Source: Adineta vaga
Lineage: Eukaryota; Animalia; Rotifera
Direction: 5' to 3'
Assembly (NCBI GenBank): GCA_021613535.1
Contig: CP075494.1
Coordinates: 9,052,001 to 9,116,000, forward strand
Length of the DNA: 64,000 bases
Below, one piece after another: positions 1 through 15,078 of this stretch. The notes beneath the pieces were generated by a model, which saw only the letters and a program-made list of their open reading frames with translations, was not told the DNA's origin and searched no databases. A program made the translations under genes and the position numbers. Within the stretch, counting starts at the first letter, position 1. The number at the start of each line of letters is the position of its first letter.

Positions 1-3000
1 ACTCAAACATACAGTCCTATTCCGATTGTTCAAAAACCACTTCAACATTACAATCTGACACCGATTGCATATCGACCAACTCGCAAATTTGACACTATAA
101 AGAATAGTCGTCAAGTGTTTCCCCCACTCATCAGCAACAGCAAGGGGAGCACATCGAATAGAAATCAGCTTTCACAATCTTCTTCAGGCATATTATCTCG
201 ACATTGTCAGACGATTAAAACCAAAGCGAATAACATTTCTACTACGGAATTACAACATTTGCTTGATGAAATTCAACATGAATTCGATAATGTTAAAGAT
301 ACAAAACAACATACTAAAAATATACGGACATTTGTTCTAACACTTATTTCTGTTAAACTGTCAATATTAACAACAGTCAAGCATCACAATGTTTTTCATC
401 AACTACGTCCAACGTTGATTCATCTTCTTCGACAATGGCGACGACAATCAACATTGAGCGAAAATGATGTTTTTCTCTTTCGATCGATCATTAAATTAAC
501 CACAAAACTTCTAAAACATGTTAGGGAAATTAATCAATATCCATTCTGGTTATTCAATCCTGTACTACTCGAAATGATAGCTTCTTGTCTTACAGATATT
601 AGCAAATCTGCGCAATTTATTAATGAAAATAATAAACGTGAATCGCGCAGTTTCATTCGTTTATTCACATTATACATTAAATATCAAACAGATATAGAAA
701 AAGAAAAAGCAACGAATAAAGATGTATTAATTCAATTAATTGATCCTACTGTTCAATGTTTAACTTCAAATTATTATATTGATGCAGTTAGTAAAATAAA
801 AACCAATGATAAACTAATGAAAATACGAGCGAAATTCTTTCTACATAAATGTCCAATCTTTCTCACTGCGTATAATGGTTTGTACACTTCGTAACCTTGA
901 CAAAGTAAAAACAAATCGATATTTTCATTCTTGTCTTTTTTTAGGACCACGTATAGAATACATTATGGAAGGATTACTTTCGACAATGTCACCGCAGTAT
1001 TTAACTATACTTAATGATTTAATACCTTCTATTCATCAATGGAAACCATCAACAATGCAAGCTGTCAATCAATTAATCAAACTAATCAATCATGGACCGT
1101 CAACATCAAAATTACTTGCTACTCATTTACCTATTATCGATCATGTTTTAACAATAGTTGATACATCTTTATTGTATAATAAATTAGTAGAAAATCTTTC
1201 CAATCCTGAAACAGTGTTAATGAATACAGCAGTTCATTTCCTAGCAGACATGGTAAATGAACCAACCATTTTAGCACATATTAAACAAAAGAAACTGACA
1301 TCATCATTTTTACGTTTAATATCAGCTCCATATGAACCATTAGTTCATGATATATATGCAATTCTTGCTTTGACAACTTCTGAAAAAGATATAAATGAAA
1401 TGCAAAATCCAAGTTTATTATTGTCACCTGTAGTTCGATCATTAAAAGAAGCTGTTTTCAATTATAAATCTGATGATCAAACACAAGTTTTACAATTCTT
1501 AAATACACTTAAAGGTAAGCGATATTTAAGATTAGAAAAACATATCTATATGCATTTTTTCTATTTAGGTCTTGTTCAACATGAACAAATAAAAGAAGAA
1601 ATACTTAAGAAAGATATATTTTCATCTCTTTTGGAATGGACGAAAAATTTTACAGGAGATATATTAACAGTTTTATTAGAAACAATATGGGCATTATCAT
1701 TTTCTCATAGTGGGACACTTGAACTTCGAAAACATCCGGAATTTCTGGAAAAAATTCAGACTATTGCTCAAAGTGCTAGTAGTGAAGAATTGAAAAAAGC
1801 ATCAGAGGGTTTAGTTTGGAAACTTGTACAAGGTATTGAAAGATAAAATAAGATCTATAGAAAAATCATACATTGACGATTTTAGAACCGGCATTTTTGG
1901 AAAAAGCAGAACAGAAACGAAAAGAACAAAACGAAAATATGGTAGAAGAGGATATCGAAACAACAGAAGTCGTTATTGGACCAGATGGTAAAGAACAAAT
2001 CGTGAAAAAAACTAGACGAGTTAGTATTGCACCAGCGGAACAAACTTTTCAATATGATATGATGATTTCTTATTGTCATGCTGATAAAGACTTAATTTAT
2101 AAGATTCATAAATTTCTTCTTGATCAAGGTTTTAAAATATGGATTGATCTAAATAATATGTTTGGTCCAGGTAAAGTCATTATGTTCTTTTTGAAAAAAA
2201 ATCATTGCTGTTTTTTTATTCTTAGCAATGAGTGCCATGGCTGAAGCAGTGGAAAATTCCGAATTCGTACTTATATGTATGTCTGATTCGTATAAACAAA
2301 GTACCTATTGTCAAGCTGAAGCTGAGTATGCCTTCGGCTGTAAACGACGTTTGTTACCATTGATAGTAAGACCAGGATATAAAGCTGATGGTTGGTTAGG
2401 TTTCATGATGGGATCACGAATTTATATTGACTTTGGTCGATTTGATTTCGACACAGGATGCGACAAGTTGATGAATGAAATTGCTTTACAACGTAAACGA
2501 CCTCTTCCATCGAAAGAGAGTAAAGTTGGTCAACATGAAAAACCAGATGATAAAATTCCTACAATTACAATTACTACCGAAAAATCATCACCTTCATTGA
2601 CACCGTCACCACGATCACCAACACCGCCCTCAATATCCGGTAAACTACCTGATATATATATGAAACGAAGTGCATCATTTCAATATAGACTTAAACCTAT
2701 TCATCAGTGGATAGAATCAGATGTCTTAGATTTTCTTTACAGTAATCAAATCCAAGAATTTATGCCAGTATGTGAGAAAATGGATGGACGTGCTTTGATA
2801 CAATTATATAAAATGTCTGTATCACATTCTAAAAGCACATATGTGTTACTTAATGACGAACTAAAATCTACACATCAAGTCAGATTACCTATTGGAAGTT
2901 TCACACGATTTTTAAGCATCATGGAACGAGTCGCTGGATCATATTTACAATCATCGTTATCAATAACTCCAATAAAAGAACAACCACAAATAACAACAAC

Positions 3001-3211
3001 AACACTAACAACAGCCCCTCCAACAGAACCATATTCATCAATGTTGCCATTACCAGCACCAATACATCTTCAAGAAACTCACCAAAATAATTCGACACCA
3101 TCATATTATCGACAGTCGAACTTTCCTTATGATATTTTAGTTACATCGAATGCATCAGCATCCGAATTATTAAAAATGGCTGACCGTTTTATTCTTAAAT
3201 ACATGCGATGA
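1..3211 (+). CDS. ARM-repeat + TIR + SAM-like domain protein (5'-partial; exons ~1-877, 945-1514, 1569-1832, 1886-2170, 2226-3211)
   Basis: Four consecutive + ORFs join in frame via GT-AG introns of 53-67 nt, and the frame is open from base 1. Helical ARM-like region (LLETIWALSFS, LKKASEGLVWKL), then TIR (YDMMISYCHADKDLIYKIHKFLLDQGFKIWIDL...AMAEAVENSEFVLICMSDSYKQSTYCQAEAEYA), then SAM-like (PIHQWIESDVLDFL...KMDGRALIQL). Confidence 0.85.
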
Positions 3212-3778
3212 ATTTCAATCAAAAACGACAACCATTGTATTTTCATCAATAACCAAGGACTATCTTATAAGAGTGTTTTTTTTTCGAGTTGATTTATTAC
3301 ACAATAAAAATATTATTGAGTAACGTATCAATTTTGTTTTCATCAAACGGATAAATACGCACTTGTAAAGTGATTCAAATCACATATAGAATGTAAACAG
3401 TACACCTGGGGAATGATTGTATACTATGTGTCATACAAATGATGAATGTAATATTGTTGGTTGGATAAAAACACAATATGATTCATCAATCGTATTAGTT
3501 ACAGACCTGGATATGACATAAATATCGATTTCGTTTCCTATAATAAAATGTTACAAACAATCTAGACAATAACTAACATAGTGTACAGTTATTTCTGAAA
3601 ACTTATAACATTCAAAGAGTGCCTACTAACGAGATAAACATGTTAATAATTGTGATTATTATCCAATAAATATCCTTGCATAAAAAACACACTATCTATA
3701 TGAAAAAGAAAAATTCCACACACAAATAAGAATAAAAATGTTTCACTGCATAGATAAGTTAATACTGTGTGTTTGCAT

Positions 3779-5887
<2,109 letters not shown>

Positions 5888-8800
5888 TGGGATGATTCTA
5901 ATTACTAATCAGATTGATATTTTCTTGTTTTTTTGCATTCGTTTCGTTTGTTTATCGAATTGATATCGAGCGTTAAGATATTATGAATCATCTTCACTTT
6001 CATTGATTAATCAACCGAAGGATTTCTTCACAGAAGTTATTTATTAAACTTTCATGAAGTTTTTCGTACCTTATTACATGTTATTTGGAATGAGAGATCA
6101 AACCTTTTCGATTCCATATAATAGGAAACATACGATAGATGGCGTTGTTAGTAATATTGATAACTGACAGTTGAGTTTGTGTTGGTTTATTTTATATATT
6201 TGAAATGATGACATAAACAAGAATGATTGTTTCTAGTAACAAAGTACTTAAAAAAGAAATATCAATGATTTAAGAAGAATTTATATCATTCGAGTGCATA
6301 TCATCTGTTTTGCCGAAAATTACCCAAGATAATTATATACTCTATCTCTCCACAAATTAATGGTATATAGCTATTTTTATCAAATCATTTATTACAGAAG
6401 ACCTACTTCACCGAACGAAATCAAGGCATTTTTTATTAAGATTGTTATTATGAATCCGTGATAGAGTATAAGCAATAAGATGACTGAAAAGTTCACTTTT
6501 ACAAGGGTGTTATAGAAAAGGAGATCCTTCTTCTCTCAACTATTGAACGTGACAGAATACTTTATAAAAAAAACAGTGTTATCTAGAAGCGTTTTTTTCT
6601 TCTATAGTATTCAAAAGAACATCATATCATTTTGTCTATTTTCATCATCAGAACATAGAAATTGATTGAAAAATATTTATAGTGTAAAAGCATCAAAGGC
6701 ACAAATGGTCCAATGCTCATTCAAAATCTGCACATGCAAATGAATTCTCTTGCGAAATAATTATATAAATCAAAAAGTATGTTGTTGGCGATAATATATT
6801 GGCATGCAACATGAATTCGTCTAAGAAAATCTTATTAATTAAAACTAATCAATAATGTCTTTGTATGAAAGAAAAAACAAATGATTTTTCTTTCTATATC
6901 CCACAGGAAAAGAAAACAAGTAATACAAAGTGATTGCACGATAAAATGTTAATCATTGAGTTTATACAGGCTTTGCATCTAATATAATCGATGGAAATTC
7001 TATCGGATATTTCTGAATAGAATCGTGTGAAACTCTTATATTTTTCATAAGTATCTTTTTTCTTGCATTTGTTAAATATCGAATGAAAAGGCGAGAATAA
7101 CGATCGATATTGGTTTTCAGATTATTAATCGGTTCCTATTTTCTTTCTGCGTCTAACTAAACTGGCAAGGAAGGTCACTGTATCCTTGTTAATTTATATT
7201 TGTTAAGAACATATCTTTATCAAAATTCAGATCCTTATTGCATTCGTTCTTCAACGTATGTTATTAATCAAAGGTGTCACTAAGGAATAGTTCATCTCAA
7301 TGTCTGTTTTTCTTGACAGAATCTTCTCAGATTTTCTTCATTAAAATATGCATGACAAAATCTTAACCCATTTGTACTATCACACGATTTTGATTCAAAA
7401 TAATCCCGTACAATAAGTTCTAAAATTAATGAAAGGAATGCATGAATCGATTCATGGATGAAATATCTTGCTTTAGGGTGGCTATGCTATAACGGATTTA
7501 ATTACATGTAAGACGGCATAAAGATATAGCGCGTGACACAAAGACGGTAGTGTTACAGCACTGGCAGAACTAAATAAAATCCATCGTCTTGTATAGCAAG
7601 TAGAACATTTCTGTTGAATAGACAGATGAGATGTTCACCGACTATTCTGATCTAGAAGGATGAAATAGATATGAAAATTAGTTTCGATATCATTCGTAAG
7701 GTTCGCTTTTCAATCGTTTATACGTAAATATTCTTCATTTTTCGATGAGAAGAAGATTCCCTGTTGTATTCATCATGCAGTTGTTTAACATAGAAGATTA
7801 TCATAATATAAAAACAATCGATATGTTAGTTCTAGTTTTCTATATCGTTATATCTAGAAAATTGAGATATAAACGTAATATAATAATAGAAAACATTTCC
7901 TATGCTTCTCGTAGTATCATCTTAATATAGATTAAATCAATAATTTAAATCGGTCGTTTCACGTATAGAATTTCCCACAAGACATTACTTTATTTGCACT
8001 TTATCTATCATCTTTATGCAGAAATAGATAGAAATTATTAATAGTTTGTTCGAAGAATCCAAACTATGTCAGAAAATAAAACGATTCAATTAAAAAAGGT
8101 AAATTCGGTAAGAAGAACACTATTTTCGTTATACGGCTAAATAAGAAGAAAAAGTGCGAGAACACTCTAACTGATCAAGGGAAATGATATATCAACAACT
8201 TCCGTTTTATAATGAGCTTGTTTTGATGTACTTAATATCTGTTATCAACAGTATCCGTTTAAATATCGAGTACGCACAAAAACTCGGGAGGCAGCTTTAA
8301 TACCTGAAATTTCTACCTTAGGATAAATAAGTAATTTATATTCTTTTGAATTTAAACTACGCAAGATGACATGTACATCAACACTTGATTTTATTTTTCT
8401 TTCTTTTCTGTAAATTGATGATAGGTCAAACTATCTCATTATATTTTGATGCTTCATGTCTTCTTATTTTCATCTAGATAATTGAAGAACATCTTTCTTG
8501 AACGTTTTGAAAAATTTATTACAGACACGTCTAATCATATATATATATTAGTTACGGAAGTAAAATACGTAGACAGGTTAATTAGTATCTTTAATCGTAT
8601 AAAATTGAATACAAGAATTAAGTAGATCCGACATTTCGTTGTTTTATCCGTTGATCTTATGATGATAAATTAAAAGAAAGACAGGAAAAAACCCGTTGCG
8701 ATCAAGAATTCTGTAGGTGTATTTTCAAAATTAAAACAGTGATTTCCGAGTATCCATAGAAAATCGTTCCCTGGACTTTTTTGTAACTGAATTTTGCCTC

Positions 8801-9667
8801 TATTATTATCTATTTTTAAATCACATTTCTTTCTCTTTTTCTTCAAGTGGAACATGCACTGTTGACTAAAGTAAACAAAATGAAGTCTTTCTCTGAAAGC
8901 AATCTATTTCTTCTTCTTCTTCTTCTTATTCATGGAATGTGTTCATTCAAAGAAGTTTTCTTTCTTTTGTGAAAATACAAAGATGTCTGTAGCTTATTAG
9001 AGGATTTTGTTAGAAGAGATGATCTCATTAATATAGAAAAAGCACTTAGTCTGTTAAAAAAGAACCATTTATTCTAGATTATAACAGAAGTATTTTACCA
9101 AATCTTACACAAATTCCTTCCAAATGTAGGTATTAGTTTAAAAGACTTTATTCGCTCGTTTTTCCTACGATAAATCATCGTGCAAAAAAGAAACCAAAAC
9201 CTAGTATCGAATTCTTTAAAATGATTTTCTTGTTTTTACCTCACTGTTTTTCTACTATAACGGAGATAATGAGGCAGAAATGTGCATGAGTTGCAAACCG
9301 TGACGTACCTGACTTCTTGCTGTGAGCCGATGAATTCATTATCTCTAGCAATTGACCTGAATTAGTCGAATACAGCGCAAACGTGAGATGTGTCCTTTCA
9401 GTTGACATTTGATTCTTATTCAGCAAATGAGAGAAATTTCTTTCGTCTTAACATATGACCTTCGTGTGAATTAAATTAACATCATCTCAATTTTTTCTTC
9501 TCTCATTTGACACACTGACTACTTTCTTATTAACTAAGGAATAAACATATTAGTTTTATTAGACCAAGATCACATCGTCGAGTATTCTGTTGATTTTCTT
9601 TATTCTACAGAGCCAAACATGTTTATGCGATATATTTATTTTAGTCTTGACAAAAACAAATACTAAA

Positions 9668-11298
9668 ATGTTTATTGAATCATGTACATGGATTATGTTT
9701 TCACTTATCTTCATGGGTTCAATTGGTAATGGTTTATGTATCTGTGTATTTTTACGTAAACGTTTTCGTGCATCAATTTTAACGCCATTTTTCGTTGTTT
9801 TATTAATTACTGATTGTATCTATTTAACATTTCGTGTCGTTAAATTATTCTATTATCAAGAAACATTATTTCAACAATTTCTATTTAAATCATCATGTAC
9901 ATCAACTTTTTTCATTCAAATCTATGCATATTTTACTCAATATGCACCACAAATTTTCATTCCTCTATGTCATTATGAATTATATTTACGATTTTCTTTA
10001 ATATTATTATCATGTTTAGCTATTCAACGTGCTTATGATACATGTCGATTATCATTTCGTTTAATTCAACGAAATTCATCGTCCAGATCACTTTCATTTG
10101 TTATTATTCTTACTGCTTTTATCTTTGCATATATTTTGGAATTTTTTGGTTTAAGTCTTTTCTGTTCGATTGAACTTAGTTCATTGACAGCATATGACTG
10201 GTATGATTATTCATATAATAATCTTCCGAATGAAACAAATTCTTTAATGCATTTCATGGAAAATCAAGCAGGAAGTCAATATGAAATCGATTGTTTGATT
10301 AATAACAGATCATCTTGTGTACATGAAGAAATTGTTCGTATAGCTCGTAAGTATCTGCAGATTATTAATCAATAGGAAAATGTTCTACATTCATTTTTGT
10401 TTGAGATTAAAAAATGTCTCTTTATCATACATTGTTTTTCATAATAGGTTATTATTTTGATATGCATCAACGATCAATTGTTGATATAATTCAAAAAATT
10501 CAATCAGATACAATTGGTAGTAAAATGGCACGAAATGAACTTCGTTTAAAATATCATTATCATACATGTTTATTTCGCTTACAACCAGTTACATTCTTTT
10601 ATTTATACGATGCACTTTATTCTCGTATACTCGGTTTTAATCGCTATACAATCATACTTGGTGAGTTGAAGAAAAAAAGGAAAGTTTGATTTTATATGAG
10701 AAGATTTTCTTTAGTTATTGGAAGTATTATTCCATCGTTTGTAACTATTCTTGGTAATACTATATCACTCCGTTGGATATTAAATATTCGAAATTCAGTT
10801 CATAAACATTCAGCTGCTTTCCATCGAACTGATGAAACACGTCGAGTGATATTAATCATTACTATTGAATGTCTTTTGTCAGTTATTAATTCTTGGTTTG
10901 TCGATCTGATTCTAAGTATTAAATATTGTAATCGATCTGTTGCTATCGGTGATGATTGTCCACATTTCTTACGTCGTTATCATCCATTTCTAGCTTTTTC
11001 TGATTTATTTAATTCGATGTCAAATATATTCTTATATTGTTTTGCAGCAAAACGTTTTCGTCAAGAATTAGAACGTATGTTAAAAGGTTGGATTCATGTT
11101 GTAAGAGAACATGTCTCATGTTATTGTCAATGGCATCGGAAATATTCGAAAATGCGTAAGAGAAATTATGAAGATGGACCAAATACTTTACCTTCAGATG
11201 TTTCTACACATTTAGTGAAAATTTCCAAACGTGATTTCAATCAGCAATGTGAATATATCCAATTGGAACTTATTACTACACCGGACATCATTCAATGA
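9668..11298 (+). CDS. Class A (rhodopsin-like) orphan GPCR with long extracellular loop 2 (exons ~9668-10346, 10448-10660, 10715-11298)
   Basis: TM1 GSIGNGLCICVF, TM2 LLITD, TM3 end LAIQRAY (DRY-equivalent), TM5 IIPSFVTILGN, TM7 NSMSNIFLYCF followed by helix 8 KRFRQEL. Three ORFs join via GT-AG introns. Confidence 0.85.
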
Positions 11299-14200
11299 AT
11301 GTCGAAATTCTCTTTATATATATTTTGTCTATAGATAAAGAGATCTTTCATGTTTATAATAAAATGTTTATGAAGAAAAAACACATAGATGAGTGACACT
11401 GAGCGTTTGTGTCATTCCGGATTGATTGTAACTGATTTATTTTTAGTTACAAATTATAAAAGAACTCACATGAAAACAAATGAGAGTAATATATCCTTTT
11501 GATCAGAATAACTCGAATATTTGGATTCTTCAAACAGACAATAATTATATTCTGGTGTAGGAAAAGATGAATTGTAGGTATATTTGAAATAAATAAGAGA
11601 ACATGCACATTCTGCATGACATAATCAAATGAGATAATATTATAAGAATAGATGTGTGACGTATAAGACTTCGAAGAACTATGTCCGCATGAATTATTCT
11701 TCTGACACGAAGTAGATTGTAGAATATTAATCAAATCAACTTTTATATATGACTACAATTACAGAATATTACATCTTCACCACCTATTGTCGAACTAATA
11801 TGAATAGTTGCTGATGAATTATCGATGTCAAATTATGTTCGAATTGTAGCGATAACAGTATTCAAATTTTTTGTAATGTCATTTAGATAACGTTTAGCAT
11901 TCATGAAGATTGCACAGTCATAATTATGTTTGAACTTTCAAACACACTAGTTTGATTATAGAATATTACGATTGATTGCTGAATTTCTACATTGAAATCA
12001 TACAATTATCCTTAATACGGTTAAATGAAAACAAAATAGTACAGATTCTTTGTTATTTATCGTCATTAATATATATAAGGTAATGATCGGTCTCCATCTC
12101 ACCTAATGCAATTATCTTTTCATAAGAACCATTTGTAATTTGAACATTCAATATATTTATTCTTTAAAAATAATATGAAAAAGAAAACTACGAAGAAGTG
12201 CAAGCATGATAGGCTTTTGTTGACTTGGATTATATATCCAATCCTACCTGAAAACAACTTCATTCTTAGGCAAAGAAATTCTTTTGTCTATACTAATCGT
12301 CAGATGATGAATCTAAGATCAGTTTTAGAGCACAATCCATCGGGTTCTTTGTTCGTAAATCATCAAATGAATCAATGACGCATGTGTAAAAATGTAAAAG
12401 AAATCATTTTTTCTATTTCCGTATTGTTGAATAGACAAAAGAATAGTAACTGTAAATTGTTTTCTATTCTCCTGAAGAATATTTTGTTTAAATAAGGTTT
12501 TTAAGTAACAACCATAGAATTTCATAACTTGAAATTCGGAAGTTGTTCATTTATTCCTTTTTACGGCAAACCAATTTTGATTGAGAGTATGCTTTTTATA
12601 TAATAACCGTAGAGCTCTTTCTCTTTGTTGAAATTTTTTCACTAACGTAGAATGACAACTATCATTTATAATCAAAAGTTATGCTTCATATGAAATAGAG
12701 ATGTCATATGTGATTTTATAGAGATAGAATAGAATAAAATTTATTAACCTTGATTATCTTTGATTCCAATTGAAATGACAAGCAATTAATTTTTCTGAAA
12801 GGTAATAAAATCATAGATTTCGAATGTGATACGCAATCTTTTCTATTGATGTCAAAGAGTCATGTCAATAAACTACTAGGGCATCAACCTTTTCATAGAG
12901 ACTTCTCATCTGAGAATGATAGTTTTGTTATATTCTGTGACATATCCATAAAAAAGCAATATCACGAGATGCCTGGGAAAACCTTCACGATCTAAGGAAT
13001 AAGATTAACATTGCATAAATCATAAGAAGTTTTATGAATAGTTTATTTCTACCAGGGAGAGAATTAAAATTGTTTATTTGTATATATTTAATATGGAAAA
13101 AAAGCTAAAGGAGATTGAAAACACGAAAAAAAGGCTAGTATAGCCCTGAAGATTTGTTATTATTTGATTAAAACAAATTATCTATCGAAGCTATTCATTT
13201 GTACTTGGAAAATAAACAGTCTGGTAGTTCCATAAATATTTGCTAAAAAATTCAGTCAAGATGCATGTTAACCTGAATAGAATTTGGAGAGAAAAAGCAT
13301 AGTTTTATTTAACGCTAGAACAATTTCTTAATGGAATATAATACCATGCTACATCATCGAATGATTATTACCAGAAAGAAAGAGAAACATCACTAGATAG
13401 AACTAATTGAATAGTATATCAAGAAAAACGTTTGCATGCAAAACTAAAGCAATAAAACAAACAATAGGGGAAGACTGAAAAGAGAGAATAGGAGAAAGAT
13501 TGCTTTTTTCTATCATTCATTTTGTAAGTATAGTAAGGTTTATGTAATGACATATATGCCATCTAATGTTTATCGAATCTCATTCTTTACTAATTATGAA
13601 GATATATGAAGACTTAAATGAAAAAGAATCTCATACGTTTTTTTTTGTTTTCTTTCATCATATGACACGAATGGAGTATAGAATAACGAAGGACTCGAAC
13701 ATAGTTTACATTTCATTATTAGTAAGTACATCATTAGTTTTTATAATTTTCTTTTGATTTTTAGGTTTATTAAATTTTTGGAATTGTGAACACCTTGAAA
13801 TATATTTTTGTTTTGTTTATTAATACGCAAAAAATGTAGTTTTTGATTAAACCCTTATTTATGTTTGATTACAAATAATGATAGAAAGTCTAAAATCACG
13901 TCTTAGACTTGCTTTCATTATCAGTATAAAATTTTCTACTTCGTTTCATATTTTCTTCCTTTTTTTGTCGCAATGATTTTATAAAAATAGAAAGATACCT
14001 TGAATATATATATATATCCTTTATCGATAGAGACAGTTAGCGTGAGCTGTCAGGATAGTATTGTGATGTCTCATATAGTTTAAAAGATTCACCAAAGAAA
14101 ATTCTTCTTTTATTTTATTAAAAATAAGTCGTCAGTATGGAGACAATGAATCGATGAGTTTCGGAATGTTATGTTCCGATTTTCTAGAACGAGTCAACTG

Positions 14201-15078
14201 ACATGACCTTAAGAGAATAAATAAGAATATATTTGTTTACTAGTTGTATTTAATGAAGGAGCGCAAAATCCATTTTATGGATACTTCAGATTTTACACAT
14301 TCTATACAGAAGAACAATAAATGAAGCCGTTTGTAATCTGAAGAAGTATGTGTTTCCGTCACTTTTTTTACTTTTACACAATACAAATACAGATAGAAAG
14401 TTCGTTCCTAACTGAATATGGAATATTTAATTGATTGAGTAAATATGTGTTTTAATCGCTTTCCTTTCATCGTTGAGAAAGATCACTATTTAGTTAGAAT
14501 ATGTAGATGGTAGACATTTGAGCATGTTGTTTTTGCTCCCTGATGAGACCATATTTATTTAAAATGTCAATTTTCGCATTTTATTTCTCGTTAGATTTTT
14601 CGATGTTGCTATTGAGGAGATTTCACGCCTATTTTCAAGAAAGTACATCATTATTCGTTTGAAGTAGAATCGACATATGATGCAGAATTCCTTCTCATAG
14701 TTAATTATAGATAGTAACAAGCACTAACACCTTTGCCTATTGCTAACGCTCCAAACGAACACAAAATCATAATTTCCTCTTCCTGTTTTTACGCTTATCT
14801 GAAGCATGTCAACTTGCACAACTAGTAATTTTATGAAATATTCATTTCATTCTGTCGTTCTCAGACAGATTTTGATTAAGATTTACGAGAGTTATTCATT
14901 CTTCAATGTACGAAGAGTTTAAATTCTGAATTCAATGAAATTTTTTATTCAATAGAATAGTGTTTTTTTTCTTCAAATACTCCATGATAAATAGATCAAT
15001 TCATGATCTATCATGACATTCATCAGTAATAATCTTCTTCAGTCATACCATATTGTTTGCTTTTCTTTCTAGATCATA

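Noticed and set aside
14538-14560. CTGATGAG resembling a hammerhead ribozyme core (also superficially miR-125-like)
   Set aside because: No downstream stem II + GAAA or flanking helices, and no pre-miRNA hairpin.
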